Shown: one piece after another, positions 12,998-24,768 of the stretch
Layout of the letters: every line of letters starts with the position of its first letter
How positions within the stretch are numbered: the first letter of the stretch is position 1
Assembly (NCBI GenBank): GCA_965235115.1
Contig: OZ249436.1
Span: 29,948,001-30,012,000 of the forward strand
Reading direction: 5' to 3'
Origin: Laetmonice hystrix
Taxonomy: Eukaryota
DNA: 64,000 bases
Notes under the pieces: generated by a model
Told to the model about the DNA's origin: nothing
What the model saw: only the letters and a program-made list of their open reading frames with translations
Databases searched by the model: none
Made by a program: the position numbers and the translations under genes

Positions 12998-13093
12998 TAT
13001 AAGGGCGGGCACTTCCATCATCTTTTACACGACAGCAGGTCCAACATTAGCTCGGACAGATCAAGCGGATCGTCTCACTTTAAACAAGTAAGT
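12998..13093 (+). promoter_or_regulatory. Putative TATA promoter and non-coding first exon of methyltransferase copy B
   Basis: TATAAG near 12998 followed by GGGCGGG, a strong donor CAA|GTAAGT at 13088, and an acceptor-like GCAG ending at 17295, 12 nt before the ATG at 17308. Inferred only. Confidence 0.45.
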
Positions 13094-13409
13094 GCAAGGT
13101 TAGCGTGCCGATCTATTCGTCAGAAAATGTTTGTTTTCACATCAGTAGGAAAGGCCTATGTTAAAGAGGGGGATATGAGTAGCGGGTAACGAGAATTGAA
13201 AAAAGGTGTACAAATCCTGCAACCCATTCACTTCTATGTTAAATTTTCGACGTCGTTATTTCCGACTCTTTAATAAAACGGGCCCATTGTCCTTAGTTAC
13301 CATTATGTAGGCCTACATTAATTGGACTAATTTAGAGAAGGGTTTCTACGTCATAATGTAAAGAATAAATTTTGCAGGGCAAGCTGTTTCTTTGCGCGAT
13401 TAGAGATTA

Positions 13410-13745
13410 CCCAGCTAACAAATTGAGGTCAATTTTACGTGAAATTCACCCGAAAATATTGACCGTTAATAATAATTATTAGGGGAAATTTTGGACTCAA
13501 TGTTCACGTAAATATTGACGTTAATATTGACCTCGCGATCAATATTCACGTCAATATTTACGTGAATATTAACCTCAATATCGCGTAATATTGAGGTTAA
13601 TATCGGCGTCAATTTTAAGGGATGTTTGACGTTATTTTTGATTGCTCAATTAAGGTTAATATTGACGTAAATATATTGAGGTCAAACAATTGTAGTTGAT
13701 TTTGATGTTCACATTGACGTGATATTGACGTGAAAATGGACGTTA
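13410..13745. repeat. MITE-like remnant rich in ATTGACG/CGTCAAT motifs
   Basis: Starts CCCAGCTAACA and has dense short repeats on both strands. Right terminus not found. Confidence 0.5.
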
Positions 13746-13943
13746 ATTATGATAAGCGAGAAATAAATATCTGGCTTTTTAGTTTAGATTTATATGGCCT
13801 GATGATTTCAAACAGGTCCATTTGAGGAAAATTCAAACGTCTGCAACCTAAGAGGCTAGTCCGCATGATAATGTCTACTGCTTTCACAGAGGAGTTAATA
13901 ATTAGGTTCTCTAGAGTTCAAAGATAGTGTTTCCATGAGCAAT

Positions 13944-14186
13944 CAGGGGCGGATCCAGGATTTTCGTTTGGGGGGGGGGGGGGGGGCGCCGGGACGAAGT
14001 CAGAAAGTGGTGGGTGGTCCTGAACTGCTGATAACTAAATCATGTTTTATACAAACTTCAATGTTCATAAATCTCCAGGTTTACTGTTAGACCTTACTTT
14101 ACTGCTAGAAAGGGGTGGCTGGGTTCATTTGGGCCTAAGTTATACTATACTTGTCCAAAATTTAGGCCCCCCTAGATCCGCCTCTG
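13944..14186. mobile_element. CAG-ended MITE with 5-bp TSD (hAT5-like)
   Basis: GCAAT|CAGGGGCGGATCCAGG...CCTAGATCCGCCTCTG|GCAAT. Confidence 0.8.
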
Positions 14187-15941
14187 GCAATGTCAACAAC
14201 TCCCCCTTCATTAGGCCCCTGTTTGACTGTGTTATTGTTAATTTATGCCGACGGTTTCATTAGCCTATCACGGGTATTATGACACTTCGGGGTATAGACA
14301 CAGAATAGGGCAGGTGAGAGTCATCACGTGATCACTGTGCTGGTTATCCAGTAACCAATCGGGGGGGGGGGGGTAGTCTAACAACCCAGCGAGGGTGTAG
14401 CCCCCCAACCCAAACTTACGTACCAGATCTCGCCCCCTCAGAAAGTCCTGGCTCGTCCCCCCTTAGACACCCTGAGTATGAACTGGAAAATGTTTGCAGA
14501 GCCAAGACAGTTTTTTTGAGAATTCCGGACACACCTTATCCAGACCAAAGATTTATGCCAACGTCATAAACTGCCCGAGTTTTATTCATTCTATTTTATT
14601 TATTTATATATTTTTGTCTGTTGGGAGTTGATAGTAGCAAGGAGTATCAATCACTAAATGTCTTGCTATCCTGTAATGTAGCTAACTGTGGTCTTAAGTT
14701 GTTGTTTTTTTATTGGATCCACAACAATCGCCTTGGTTGGCGTTCTTCCTTGTGTGGGAAAAGGAAGTCGTACAATACATTTATAACTGATAACTTAGAT
14801 GCTTTTTACACTCTAGACTTCCAGGAACAGAACAACAACAGTGCTTATACAACAAAAATATGAAATTATATATATACTTCTGGGTATTTTTACCTCATTC
14901 CACGTACTTTAACATAATATATTTACAAAACAATGCATAATGTGAGAATAAATGAATAGTTGGGTAAGCGATTACTAATCGGACAAGAGTATGTGTTACG
15001 CGTTACATGATGAAGATGGGATTATAGGATTTGGGTTATGGCTCTTTTAAATGTCTGTGGGCAGCGTATACGTTGCACGTCAGCATTGAGCATGTCCCAC
15101 AATTTCAGACCGCGTTGTGTGGGCATACCTTTTTTTATGCATTATTGTTAGAAATTGCCGTTTCATTCTATCGGTTAGGTAATCAATTCTATTTAGCGTG
15201 TGCAAATCAGAGACTGGAAGTTCTCGACCTAACTCGTAGGCAGAGGCGTAGTACTCGGTTTTGGATGACGGTGCCAACACAATTGGCACCGTCATGTAGA
15301 AAAGAACAGTATAGATTGGAAGAATGGTTTGTTTGTAAACTGCCAGGCACGCCTCATTTGTAATGACTTCCGTAACTTACCTAATTTAAAGATTCTATTG
15401 TATCACCCATGGTAATCCTCAATTCATCAGGATTACCGAACTTGTTTAGTGAGCCAAACCACGCGACCATTGTTTTCTTTTTGTTTACGGTTAGACCATT
15501 TGCGATTGACCAGTGGTATAATCGGTTAACGTCTTCTTGCAGACGGGCCTTGGTGGCAGCCGGTGTCTCGGCACTTACGTATAACATTAAATCGTCTGCA
15601 AACATGAGGCATTGACAATGTTTAAATAACTGGGTTATTTCGTTAATAAACAAGATAAACAGAAGTGGTCCAAGTGTTGATCCTTGTGGAACACCGAATT
15701 TAACATTTTGGGGCGTTGACTTCTCGTTAGTAGCCATGCAGTGTACTTTGTTTCCGGTCGCTAAGATAGCTGGTGAGCCATATAGTGGGACAGAAACGCT
15801 ATCAAAAGCCTTTTGGAAGTCTATGAATACTGCAGCCGTAATCAACACCTGGTCCCTTGCAGTGTAGTGGTCATTAGTAGCTCTAAAAACAGCATCACTA
15901 GTACCACGCCCTCTGCGAAAACCAAACTGCGATTGTGATAG

Positions 15942-16109
15942 CAGGCGCGGATCCAGGATTTTTTGCAGGGGGGGTTCAGAAGATGCGAGCCACCGGGGGA
16001 AATGGTCTGAGGCCCTTCCCCGATAACATTACAAAAACCTAAATTGGTCCCGAGCAGGGGGGGGGGGGGGGTCCGGACCCCCTGGACCCCCCTTCTGGAT
16101 CCGCGCCTG
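15942..16109. mobile_element. CAG-ended MITE inserted in the LINE
   Basis: GATAG|CAGGCGCGGATCCAG...CTGGATCCGCGCCTG|GATAA. Confidence 0.8.
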
Positions 16110-16962
16110 GATAATGGGTTATTTTCATCAAGAAATGTAGATAGGTAACGGTGTGCAATTTTTTTTGCCTGTATTTTGCCTGGTCATGGTAGGAGTGTGA
16201 TTGGGCGCCAGTTGTTGACCTTTCTAAGATCACCCTGCTTCGGTATCGGGATCACCGTACCCGTGCGCCATTGACTTGGGAAGATACCCATGTCCAAGGA
16301 ATTCCTAAAAAGTGTCACTAATCTGTGGGTTAATAGTTCAAAGGCGTCTTTTAGTACCTTAGAGTTTATACCTTCGATTCCGGACGACCACATTTAAGTC
16401 TCTGACCAGTTTTTCAACAGCCCGGTCATTTATGAGCTCAGCGCTGCTGATTTTTGGTTTTGGTGTGGGCACATCACAGTGGTTTGGAAGTATGTGTGTA
16501 TTAGTGTCCCTGAGATTTTGACAGAGACTTTCCCCAATGGTTGCAAAGAAGTCATTAAGATAGTTAGCAATATCGCATGGTGGTATTTCAGATCCCGTAT
16601 TTTCGTCCACGAGACTAATAGCTGTATTTGTTTTCGCCGGGTTTAGCAATTTATTTGCCTCCCTCCAGAATTTTCTAGGCTCGGATCGAGCCTCCTCTCG
16701 TTTGTTTTTTATCCAATCTGACTTGGCAAGGCGCAACATGCGTTGAATTTTCCGCCGTAGGTCTTTAGCTTTAATCCACTCATCCCTATTATTGGTTATA
16801 ATCGATATAGTTTAATATAATCTTTCCCGTCAGCTATTAACTCGAGTATATCATTGGTTATCCATTCGTCCGTGTGATTTTTAACTCTTCGTGACCGATA
16901 CGGGCAGGTCTTATCAAGGTAATTTTGGATATGATTTATCATGACTGACCACTGTAGTTCAG

Positions 16963-17121
16963 GGGCCCGTCTCACTAAAGGCTGGTTAATAACCAGATCG
17001 TTAAGTTAACATAGGAGTGAATGGAAGGCTGCTGGTTACTGAAACCAGCAGCCTTCCATGCATTCACTCATATGTTAACTTAACGATCTGGTTAATAACC
17101 AGCCTTTAATGAGACGGGCCC
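16963..17121. mobile_element. Palindromic Harbinger-like MITE inserted in the LINE
   Basis: GGGCCCGTCTCA...TGAGACGGGCCC forms a nearly full-length hairpin, flanked by CAG/CGG. Confidence 0.75.
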
Positions 17122-17307
17122 CGGGGTTTTTAGTAGCGTCAAAAGCTGACCAGTCACGATGGATTAGATGGTCCCAGAGGTCGTATTTTTGTAGTAGTTC
17201 TTGCAAGACCTTCCACGAAAGGCCATGCAGTCTCTTTTGACTCTTTGCTAAGTTCACTTTTGATATGTATACGAATACTCTATATTATGCCGCAGAAACT
17301 ACAGAAA

Positions 17308-19786
17308 ATGGCTAACGTGGACAAGTTGGATGAAGTGGCCTTCAAAAGAAACAGAGGGGCCCAGAACCCAAAGCAATCCTTTCCCGAACGAATGCAGTAT
17401 TACGACACTTGGGCATCTGAGGAGACATACGACATCGTACGCATGTTTAGGAGCCTACATAATTAGAGTAATTCAAAATTAATTTAGTTCTGAAACCACA
17501 CATTTTATCAAGTGTAAATAGAATATTATATTTAAAATTCTGTTTCTAGCATCTCGGGCCCACTAACTATCATGGACCGACACTCTGTGCAGCTGCTATT
17601 GAACATTATATGCCCACAACGAAGGAAATGCATATCCTTGACATAGGAGCGGGCACTGGACGCGTGGGAACAGAAGTACGTAAAGCCATAGAATATTCAC
17701 CAAACCAATATAGCCTACTTGACGGTCCGAAAATTAGTTCACCAGGCAGTGTGCCTGGGTATCTATGCATGGCGGTGTTGATTCACAGGCTTTTCGTTAA
17801 TGTTAGTTGAAAGTCCAAGATAGCACACATTCTTCATATTACAATCTCATGTTATTTAAAAAAGTGCAATTGTAACTTAGAGGTTGGGTTTCAGGGAAAT
17901 GTTCTCTATGTTTCTCTTCTGCGTTCATGCACATATGAACACCCAGAATTATATAAAGAACCGATCTATGTCACATTATTACTGATTTTGTAAAAATGAT
18001 GTTCTATTGGTTAAGAATAAAGCTTGAACAGTCAGGTAGATGGCGCAGTCCAACCAACAAAAAATGTGACATAGATCGTTTTTCCCGTGTTCTCTTATAT
18101 ATTTCTAGTTGTTCCAAAATTTGGGTTAAAGTATTACAGAAATGCAGAGAAAATCGCATGTCTCTGATCCCCCTCACCCTCCCCCCACGTCATTGCTGTA
18201 ATATCCAATAGGCCGATCGCTAAGAGCATATTTATTATATATTAGCTTGTGAAGCGTGGATACACGAACATCGAGGCAATTGAACCATCGGAAGGGATGC
18301 TGGAAACTGCCAGAAACAAGAAGGTTTACCGTAAACATACTCTCGGTGCATTCGAAGCCACAAACCCATCTATAGGTGACCGTAAGTATGCGCACCATTA
18401 GCAGTCTTAAAGGGAAAATGTGAGTGTTCAAAGCGCCACCTAGTGAGTTGCGTTGGTGCCACTGGGGAAATGTGAGTATTTAAAGCGCCGCGTAGTGAGC
18501 TTTAAAAAAAAAAATGTTTGGCTTATTTATGCAGTCAACTAGTTTGATGTGGAAATCAGTAGTATTTTTTAAACCATGAACCAAACTGTGTGCCAGAACC
18601 TGTCTACTCCATTGAATACTATAGTTAAGACCCGTGTTTTACCAAGGCACTGACTGTTTGGCAGGCTCTAACTTTTTTTTTAATTAGGTGACCCCCAATT
18701 TTTTTTGTTTTAAACTATTAGTGGTCGCTTTTTAACTATTAGTGAAAATGTCTGAAAAATTCCGTTTTCCCCATTGAAACCTTCATAGTAAAGACCCATT
18801 TTTACGGAGGCCTGTATAAAAGAAAATCTAATTCGGTGAGATATGATTTTTTTGTTTCATTGTACTCCCTGGGACAAAGGCTATCCCCCATAAAAATATT
18901 TTGAAAATTCCAGTGGTCGATTCAAACACTCACATTTCCCTTTAAGGTCATGTTCGGCACCTATCAAATCTCCCACCATATTTTGGTGAAAAACTAGGCT
19001 ACCCAAACTAGTTTATTTTAACCAAGATGTCGGTCGGACATATCTACCATCTAGATTGGTTAAATTTAACCATTATCCTGGTCATTTTAACCAATCTGTT
19101 TCGAGGGTATGTTTTATCATAGAACGTACAGTTCTATGGTTTTATCATAACCAGAAGTCTGATTTCTGCCGATTATATGTCTCTCAGGTTCCTACGATGC
19201 GCTGGTCTGTTCGGGCGTTTTCCTGGAAGGTCACCTTCCATGCAAGGCTCTACGAGAGATGGCTCGAATTACTAAACCAGGTTTGTCGTGCGTTTTTCTT
19301 TTTAAGGATGGTTCCTTTAGATGATTCATGTATTAATATATGCATAAAGTTTGCGAATGATTATGATATACATGTAGACCGTTTTGACACCAATGTTCAT
19401 GGTCTACAAACGGGAAATTATTCATTAACAAATGTTTAGAAACTAAATTCTTTTATCTTAGTTGATCTCCGGAACACCTTGATGTCCTGCTTGTCTTCAT
19501 GGAATAAATAAAAATAATTTTCTAAATAAAAATTGTTGAAATGAAAACAGATGAAGTATAATCATGAGCACAAATATTCATTCTTCCAGGCGGTTTGATT
19601 GTGATTGTCTTTCGCGAAAACGTTCTGGAGCAGGTGGAAGAATACCGCGGCCGCCTGGAACCGATGATGAAAGAAATGCAAGCGGAGGGAGTTTGGGAAC
19701 TCTTGGAAAGATCTGTGAAACCCATGTACTTTTTGGACATGAATGGCGTCCTATATGTCTTTAAAGTTAACGAGGAAAACAACTAA
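17308..19786 (+). CDS. METTL27: METTL27/WBSCR27-like methyltransferase, copy B (complete, 226 aa)
   Basis: Exons 17308-17436, 17550-17675, 18246-18381, 19188-19280 and 19590-19786 total 681 nt, in frame, all GT-AG. Contains YDTWA..TYD, SAM motif I ILDIGAGTG, EPSEGML, EGHLP and KPGG. Confidence 0.85.
18411..18941. mobile_element. Kolobok-like MITE in an intron of copy B
   Basis: TTAA|AGGGAAAATGTGAGTGTT...AACACTCACATTTCCCT|TTAA; absent from copy A. Confidence 0.85.
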
Positions 19787-20679
19787 TTAAGAATAAGATT
19801 GGATATTTTAACCAGCGGCCGGTTTCGCCATATGGCACTACTTGATGATCTGTTAGAAAATGGGAAGCTGCTATCAATTTCAAATGAATCATTCTGATTT
19901 TTAAAATGATGTTATCATGTACGTAATACAGTAAACTTAGAGATATAATATAAATGCATAGATCGGTGAGGCCAACACCTGTTCAAACTTATTAATAGGC
20001 CTACATTATTATACAGTATGTAGCATGTGAACAAATACTGAAATGGAGACATGGAAACATCTGGAGGTACCGTACCAGAATGCAGGGGCGGGTCCATCTT
20101 GGAATGGTCTAACAAGGACCCGTGGACCCCCCGGCATGGATCCGCCCCTTGAAATGTAGAACTAGGCATGGAAACATCACAATGCCGTATTTGGCCAACG
20201 AGCAGGACGAACACAGTCTAAAATTGCTTGGGGGAGGCAGACCTAGACCTAGGTTCATAAAAGGGCACCTTGATCACGTAAGGGAAAATACTCACCTTTA
20301 AAAAGGGCACCTTCTCGTAGAAAGGGCACTTTTCACCATGATTAGCTACTGGGGGGCACCCCCCCCCCCCCCGCTAGGTAGGCCTCTCGCCCTGATGATC
20401 TCGACGCCTTTGTTGTGTAAATGGCTGTTTGTTCTTAGAGACAACGTTGGCCCATTATAGCATTGCTTCACCACCAGTGGGCCAACGCTGACCTTGACTG
20501 GCTCTACCAGACCCACTTACACAATATAGACCTGGGGACCAGGCTAACGCTGACCTTGGAGCTCATTTTCAGCCCACCGGCAGTGCCGACCAAAGACCTG
20601 TGGGCCCGAAACACGGACAAGTTTCCCTTGATAAGTCTTCTTTGATCGATGAGCCCCTGTTCCACCTATAGGTAGGCCT

Positions 20680-20847
20680 ATATATGTCCGACGGCTAGTT
20701 ATGTCCAATAAGAGATAATTATGTCCGCAAACATCAGCTAGATGTGTCCGGAGAAATTGATATGTCCGAATTACTGGACACATCTAGCTGTTATTTGCGG
20801 ACATATCAATTTCTCCGGACACATAACTAGCCGTTTGGACATATTTA
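20680..20847. repeat. Inverted-repeat MITE-like element
   Basis: ATATGTCCGACGGCTAGTTATGT...ACATAACTAGCCGTTTGGACATAT with internal TGTCCG/CGGACA repeats. Confidence 0.6.
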
Positions 20848-22146
20848 GCCGGAACAGCCCCGCCCCGTGTAGATCATAGGTCTACAGGTTTTCCTCGCCC
20901 ATTGCCAAGTTGAAGTTTCCTCGTTCCCTTGGCGTTACAAAGCTAGCACAACCAGCTTTCCAACGAGTGGGAATTGATGGAGAAATCGGAGCTCGGCGCC
21001 AAAGCGCTGGGATCCTTTATTTAGGAGAAACGAGGGTGTGCGTTGTAGGTATGAGATTAGTATAGGTAATGATATCTTATGGGATCTAGGACCCATGTCA
21101 TGAGCTCAGTAGGTATTGCCAAGGAAATGTAAACAATCGCTGTACTCCCGTTAACCTCTTAGTTCTTACCTCTCGCGCGGTCTGGGCCGGAAGTGACGAA
21201 GGAGACTTGGGAGACGATCCGGAGGGTATATGCTACACAACCAAGCAGAGTCGAGTTCTCTACCTTTGGAAGCATCGTATTTTGGACTATGTATTTCCAT
21301 ATAATGTAGCCTATTATCAGTTATGGTATATTACTATGGTATTGTTATGTTATGTTACATTATAATCAGTTACACGTTATATGGATTTATCATTTACCAT
21401 TATAATGTTTGTAGAGTCATCCATTGCCATGGGGTGATCGACGGTGATCGATATGAATAAAATGTAGCCTACAGCAAGCATTCCCGTTTTCCGAGTTTTG
21501 CCTGCATAAAACTTGTTACTTTTCCTTTCTACACGGGCACTTTTTTCTCGTCAATGAAGACTTGCCAATGAGAACTTGTTCGTACTACTGTAGAATAGGC
21601 GAAGTGTAGAATAAGTCTCCAGAGATGACGGCGGCGAATTTGGCAATTTTAGAGACGCTCAGACCTATCCCCTAAAACATTTCGTTTCGATGAAAGATGA
21701 AATTATAATTTTTTTTAAATACAACTGAGTATAGGCCTGATGTTTTTGGACTCAGGGGTTTAGTATTTCGAGTTTCAAATGTACAACAAAATGTCTGAAA
21801 GGCATACCCTGGTATACGTGTAATTTTTCTCCTGTGCGGCAGCCTTCTTAGCATATTGTACTCTCCAAATGCCTTCATGATGTCTGTATCTGAAGCGTTG
21901 TGCAGATGTTGCACGCCTGAAAAGAAAGCAAGCAACATTAACTAAACTTTCAACGGATAAATGCTTGACTTGTCGACTGTGATTTTCATTCCATTCAGCA
22001 TAATTATGTGTACTGTAATCTCCAAGTTATCAAACTGTTTCAATTTGTTTTTAAAATAGTTACAGAAATGCCACTTTAGATTTCCAGACACCAGGCCTAT
22101 ATTCTGATATTGCTAAAAGATAAACGAGATGTCACCTAATATTTAC

Positions 22147-22483
22147 CAGTGGGGGATCCAGGATTTTGATAAGGGGGGGCCCACCCAAAAAAGAATTTTA
22201 GCCTCGCTACGCTCGGCATGATTTTATTGCACTTATAACCATTTTGGGCCCCTTTTGATCTATTTCAATGCGCAATGGCCCAGAGTTATGTTGCTCCTGG
22301 ATGACTGAGGAGGCCCCTTTGGGCCCGATGTTACTATCACGTTTAATATAGGAGGCTTTTTTAAAAGAATTTTGTTGGAATACTGGTTTCATGGTCCGAA
22401 TAATACATCTTCTTAAAAAAAAGCGGGGAAAAGGAAAATTTAAGGGGGGGCCCGGGCCCCTTGCCCCCCTGGATCCCCCAGTG
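22147..22483. mobile_element. CAG-ended MITE with 5-bp TSD
   Basis: TTTAC|CAGTGGGGGATCCAGG...CCTGGATCCCCCAGTG|TTTAC. Confidence 0.8.
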
Positions 22484-23634
22484 TTTACCTAAATGTGACT
22501 GCAGTCTATCCAACGGTAACTTTTCCTCGCTTCATATTAAGTGCTGTCATTACCTGACATTAAATCCACCTGAAATAAGTTCCGATTTTAAATTTGTAAA
22601 TGGTTGTTACTCCCTCAAGTAACATCATCTTGATACGTGGATCGGTATTAAATAAAGAGTTTGAATTCAACCTGATCGTCGTCAACTTATAAAAGAAGTT
22701 TATAAACAATACAGCTGTTTTCCTGTGACGCCATCCTTCTTATTATCTTGATTAAGGTCAACCCTACTCCATGTGGTTCACCACCCTAACTTGTCATGCA
22801 TGTGTCTGGTCATGTTAATGAATTACATCTTTATATAGATCTATGAACTCTACCCTTGAGGCTGCATTCTTCGACACAAAATAACTATACCTTTCTCAAC
22901 GTCGGCAATGGTGGACTATACGGGCAAGATAAATCTGACGATGGCCCCAGAGGGGCGCACTCTATAGGGGGCGGGCGGGGGGACTTATTGCCCGAGTAGA
23001 GTAAACACATAAACACTTCACTTAAAGAAAACACCGATACAATGAATGTTATACTGGTGAAGATATTTCAATATCAATACATGAAAGTAGAATATCGATG
23101 CTTTTATAGGTAGCTTTTACCTCTGAGTGCCCATGCAAACTTATATTGCCAGGCACCCCCTCGCTCGACCTGCTCCATCTACGCCAGCACGACTTATGTC
23201 AGCTGCATGTGATGTCTGCATTATTTTGAGACCCATGGTCCATCCGCTCACCAAGATTTGTCGCGTTTTCTTATCCTTGCATTTTCCATGAGAAATAAAA
23301 AAAAAAGACTCGATAACTGCCCTTCCCTTGTATCTGCTTTAATTCACACTGCCCGAATTGTCCGACAAAGTGTTTTTTTTTCTGTTATGAATGTACAATA
23401 AATTATACTTTATTTAACTATGAAGTAATGAGATTTTTTAAAGTTGGATAATTAGAAAATATACGTACCAATCAGCTTCTGCATAATTATTATGGTCTGC
23501 CAACCTTTGAAGTGTCCACCAGGGATTCAGCATCTGAAAGTATAACGTTAGACTATTCCACAAAGAATTTTGAAAATATTTATCTGTAATGCACATGTTT
23601 AAATTTAATTCCACACTTAACAGATTAATCCTAC

Positions 23635-24009
23635 CAGGCCCGTAGCCAGCCTTCCAGGTGGGAGGGGGGGGGGGGGTCTGGACTTCGATGGGCGGAACAA
23701 GGTATGGTTGGGCAGTCTAGGACAGGGCCGTAGCTAGAAATTTCTGAGTTGGGGGGGGGCAGTCATGCGTGGATCCAGGAGAAGGCGAAGGCTCCAAGAC
23801 ATGAGCGGGGGGTCTGGGGGCCCTCCCCCAGAAAAAAATTGGAAATTACAGGGCCAAATAGAGTCTACGCGTTTTCCTGGCATCTGGGAAGTAAATCCAA
23901 GGTTTTCCAGAGCCTATATCCAGCACTAAAGGGTGGAACAAAATCTTAGGGATGGGCAACTGGGGGGGGGGGGGGGTCGTCCGACTCCCCCCCCCTGGCT
24001 ACGGGCCTG
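23635..24009. mobile_element. CAG-ended MITE with 5-bp TSD
   Basis: CCTAC|CAGGCCCGTAGCCAG...CTGGCTACGGGCCTG|CCTAC. Confidence 0.85.
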
Positions 24010-24768
24010 CCTACCTAAAAGGAATAATGCACTTGAACGGCCTAACCTTAATTAGCTGTGGTTGAAGACCTTAATTTGCACATTTGTAGATTCAGAAATA
24101 CCGTATAATTTACGTACCATAATCTATATCAATATGTTGGATCCTATATATTGATAAGAATAGCTCCCAACCATGTAGGCCTACTGTAGCCAGGGGCGGA
24201 TCCAGAATTTTTCTGTTAGGGAGGTAGGCAAAGTTGATTTTATCCAGAACTTGCCCCCCCCCCCCCCCCCCAGCTTAAAATTGAGCTGGGGGACAACAGC
24301 CAACATAATTTTTTATCTCGCGAAGTGTTAGATTGTTTAAGACTGAAGGCCTAGACACTTTAGTGTCTGGGGTACTTATGAGTAATAAAAAAACTTGAAA
24401 CTTGAAAACTTGGCGCCCCAGGCAAAGATGTGAGCTGGAAGCTACCCGGCTCTGACACGAGCGCCAGCGACCCCTAGCGAGAGGTCCGGGAACCAGCCTA
24501 CAGAGCCTTGATGCAACTGTCTCCTCGATAGATGGCGTGCCTGTGTACAAAACAGTCTGCGTGGCAGACGGGACCACTGAGAGAGGTGTGTCAGCATGTG
24601 ACCAGAATAGACGGCTCCGATTGGCGACTCTCTCGTCGGGAAGTCTGACCTCACTGAGCGAAGGACGGTCGACGGTGTTGTGTTGAAAGAAACCGAAGTC
24701 CATTTTTGGCCTAGAAATCTTGCCTAATTCACCGTTTTCATTCATCGGTCCTAGCTCAAACAGCAGCC

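Larger units (their letters stand above)
14580..17190 (-). mobile_element. Decayed, 5'-truncated non-LTR retrotransposon (CR1/L2-like RT)
   Basis: Frameshifted RT fragments include KFWREANKLLN, FPSQWRTGTVIPIPKQGD...NWRPITLLP, QFGFR, VFIDFQKAFDSV, GVPQGSTLGPLLFILFIN and MFADD. There is an A-rich tail near 14580-14610 and two interrupting MITEs. Confidence 0.9.

Noticed and set aside
15381..16739. Active or domesticated reverse transcriptase
   Set aside because: It is frameshifted, internally deleted and interrupted by MITEs, as expected for an ordinary dead LINE.
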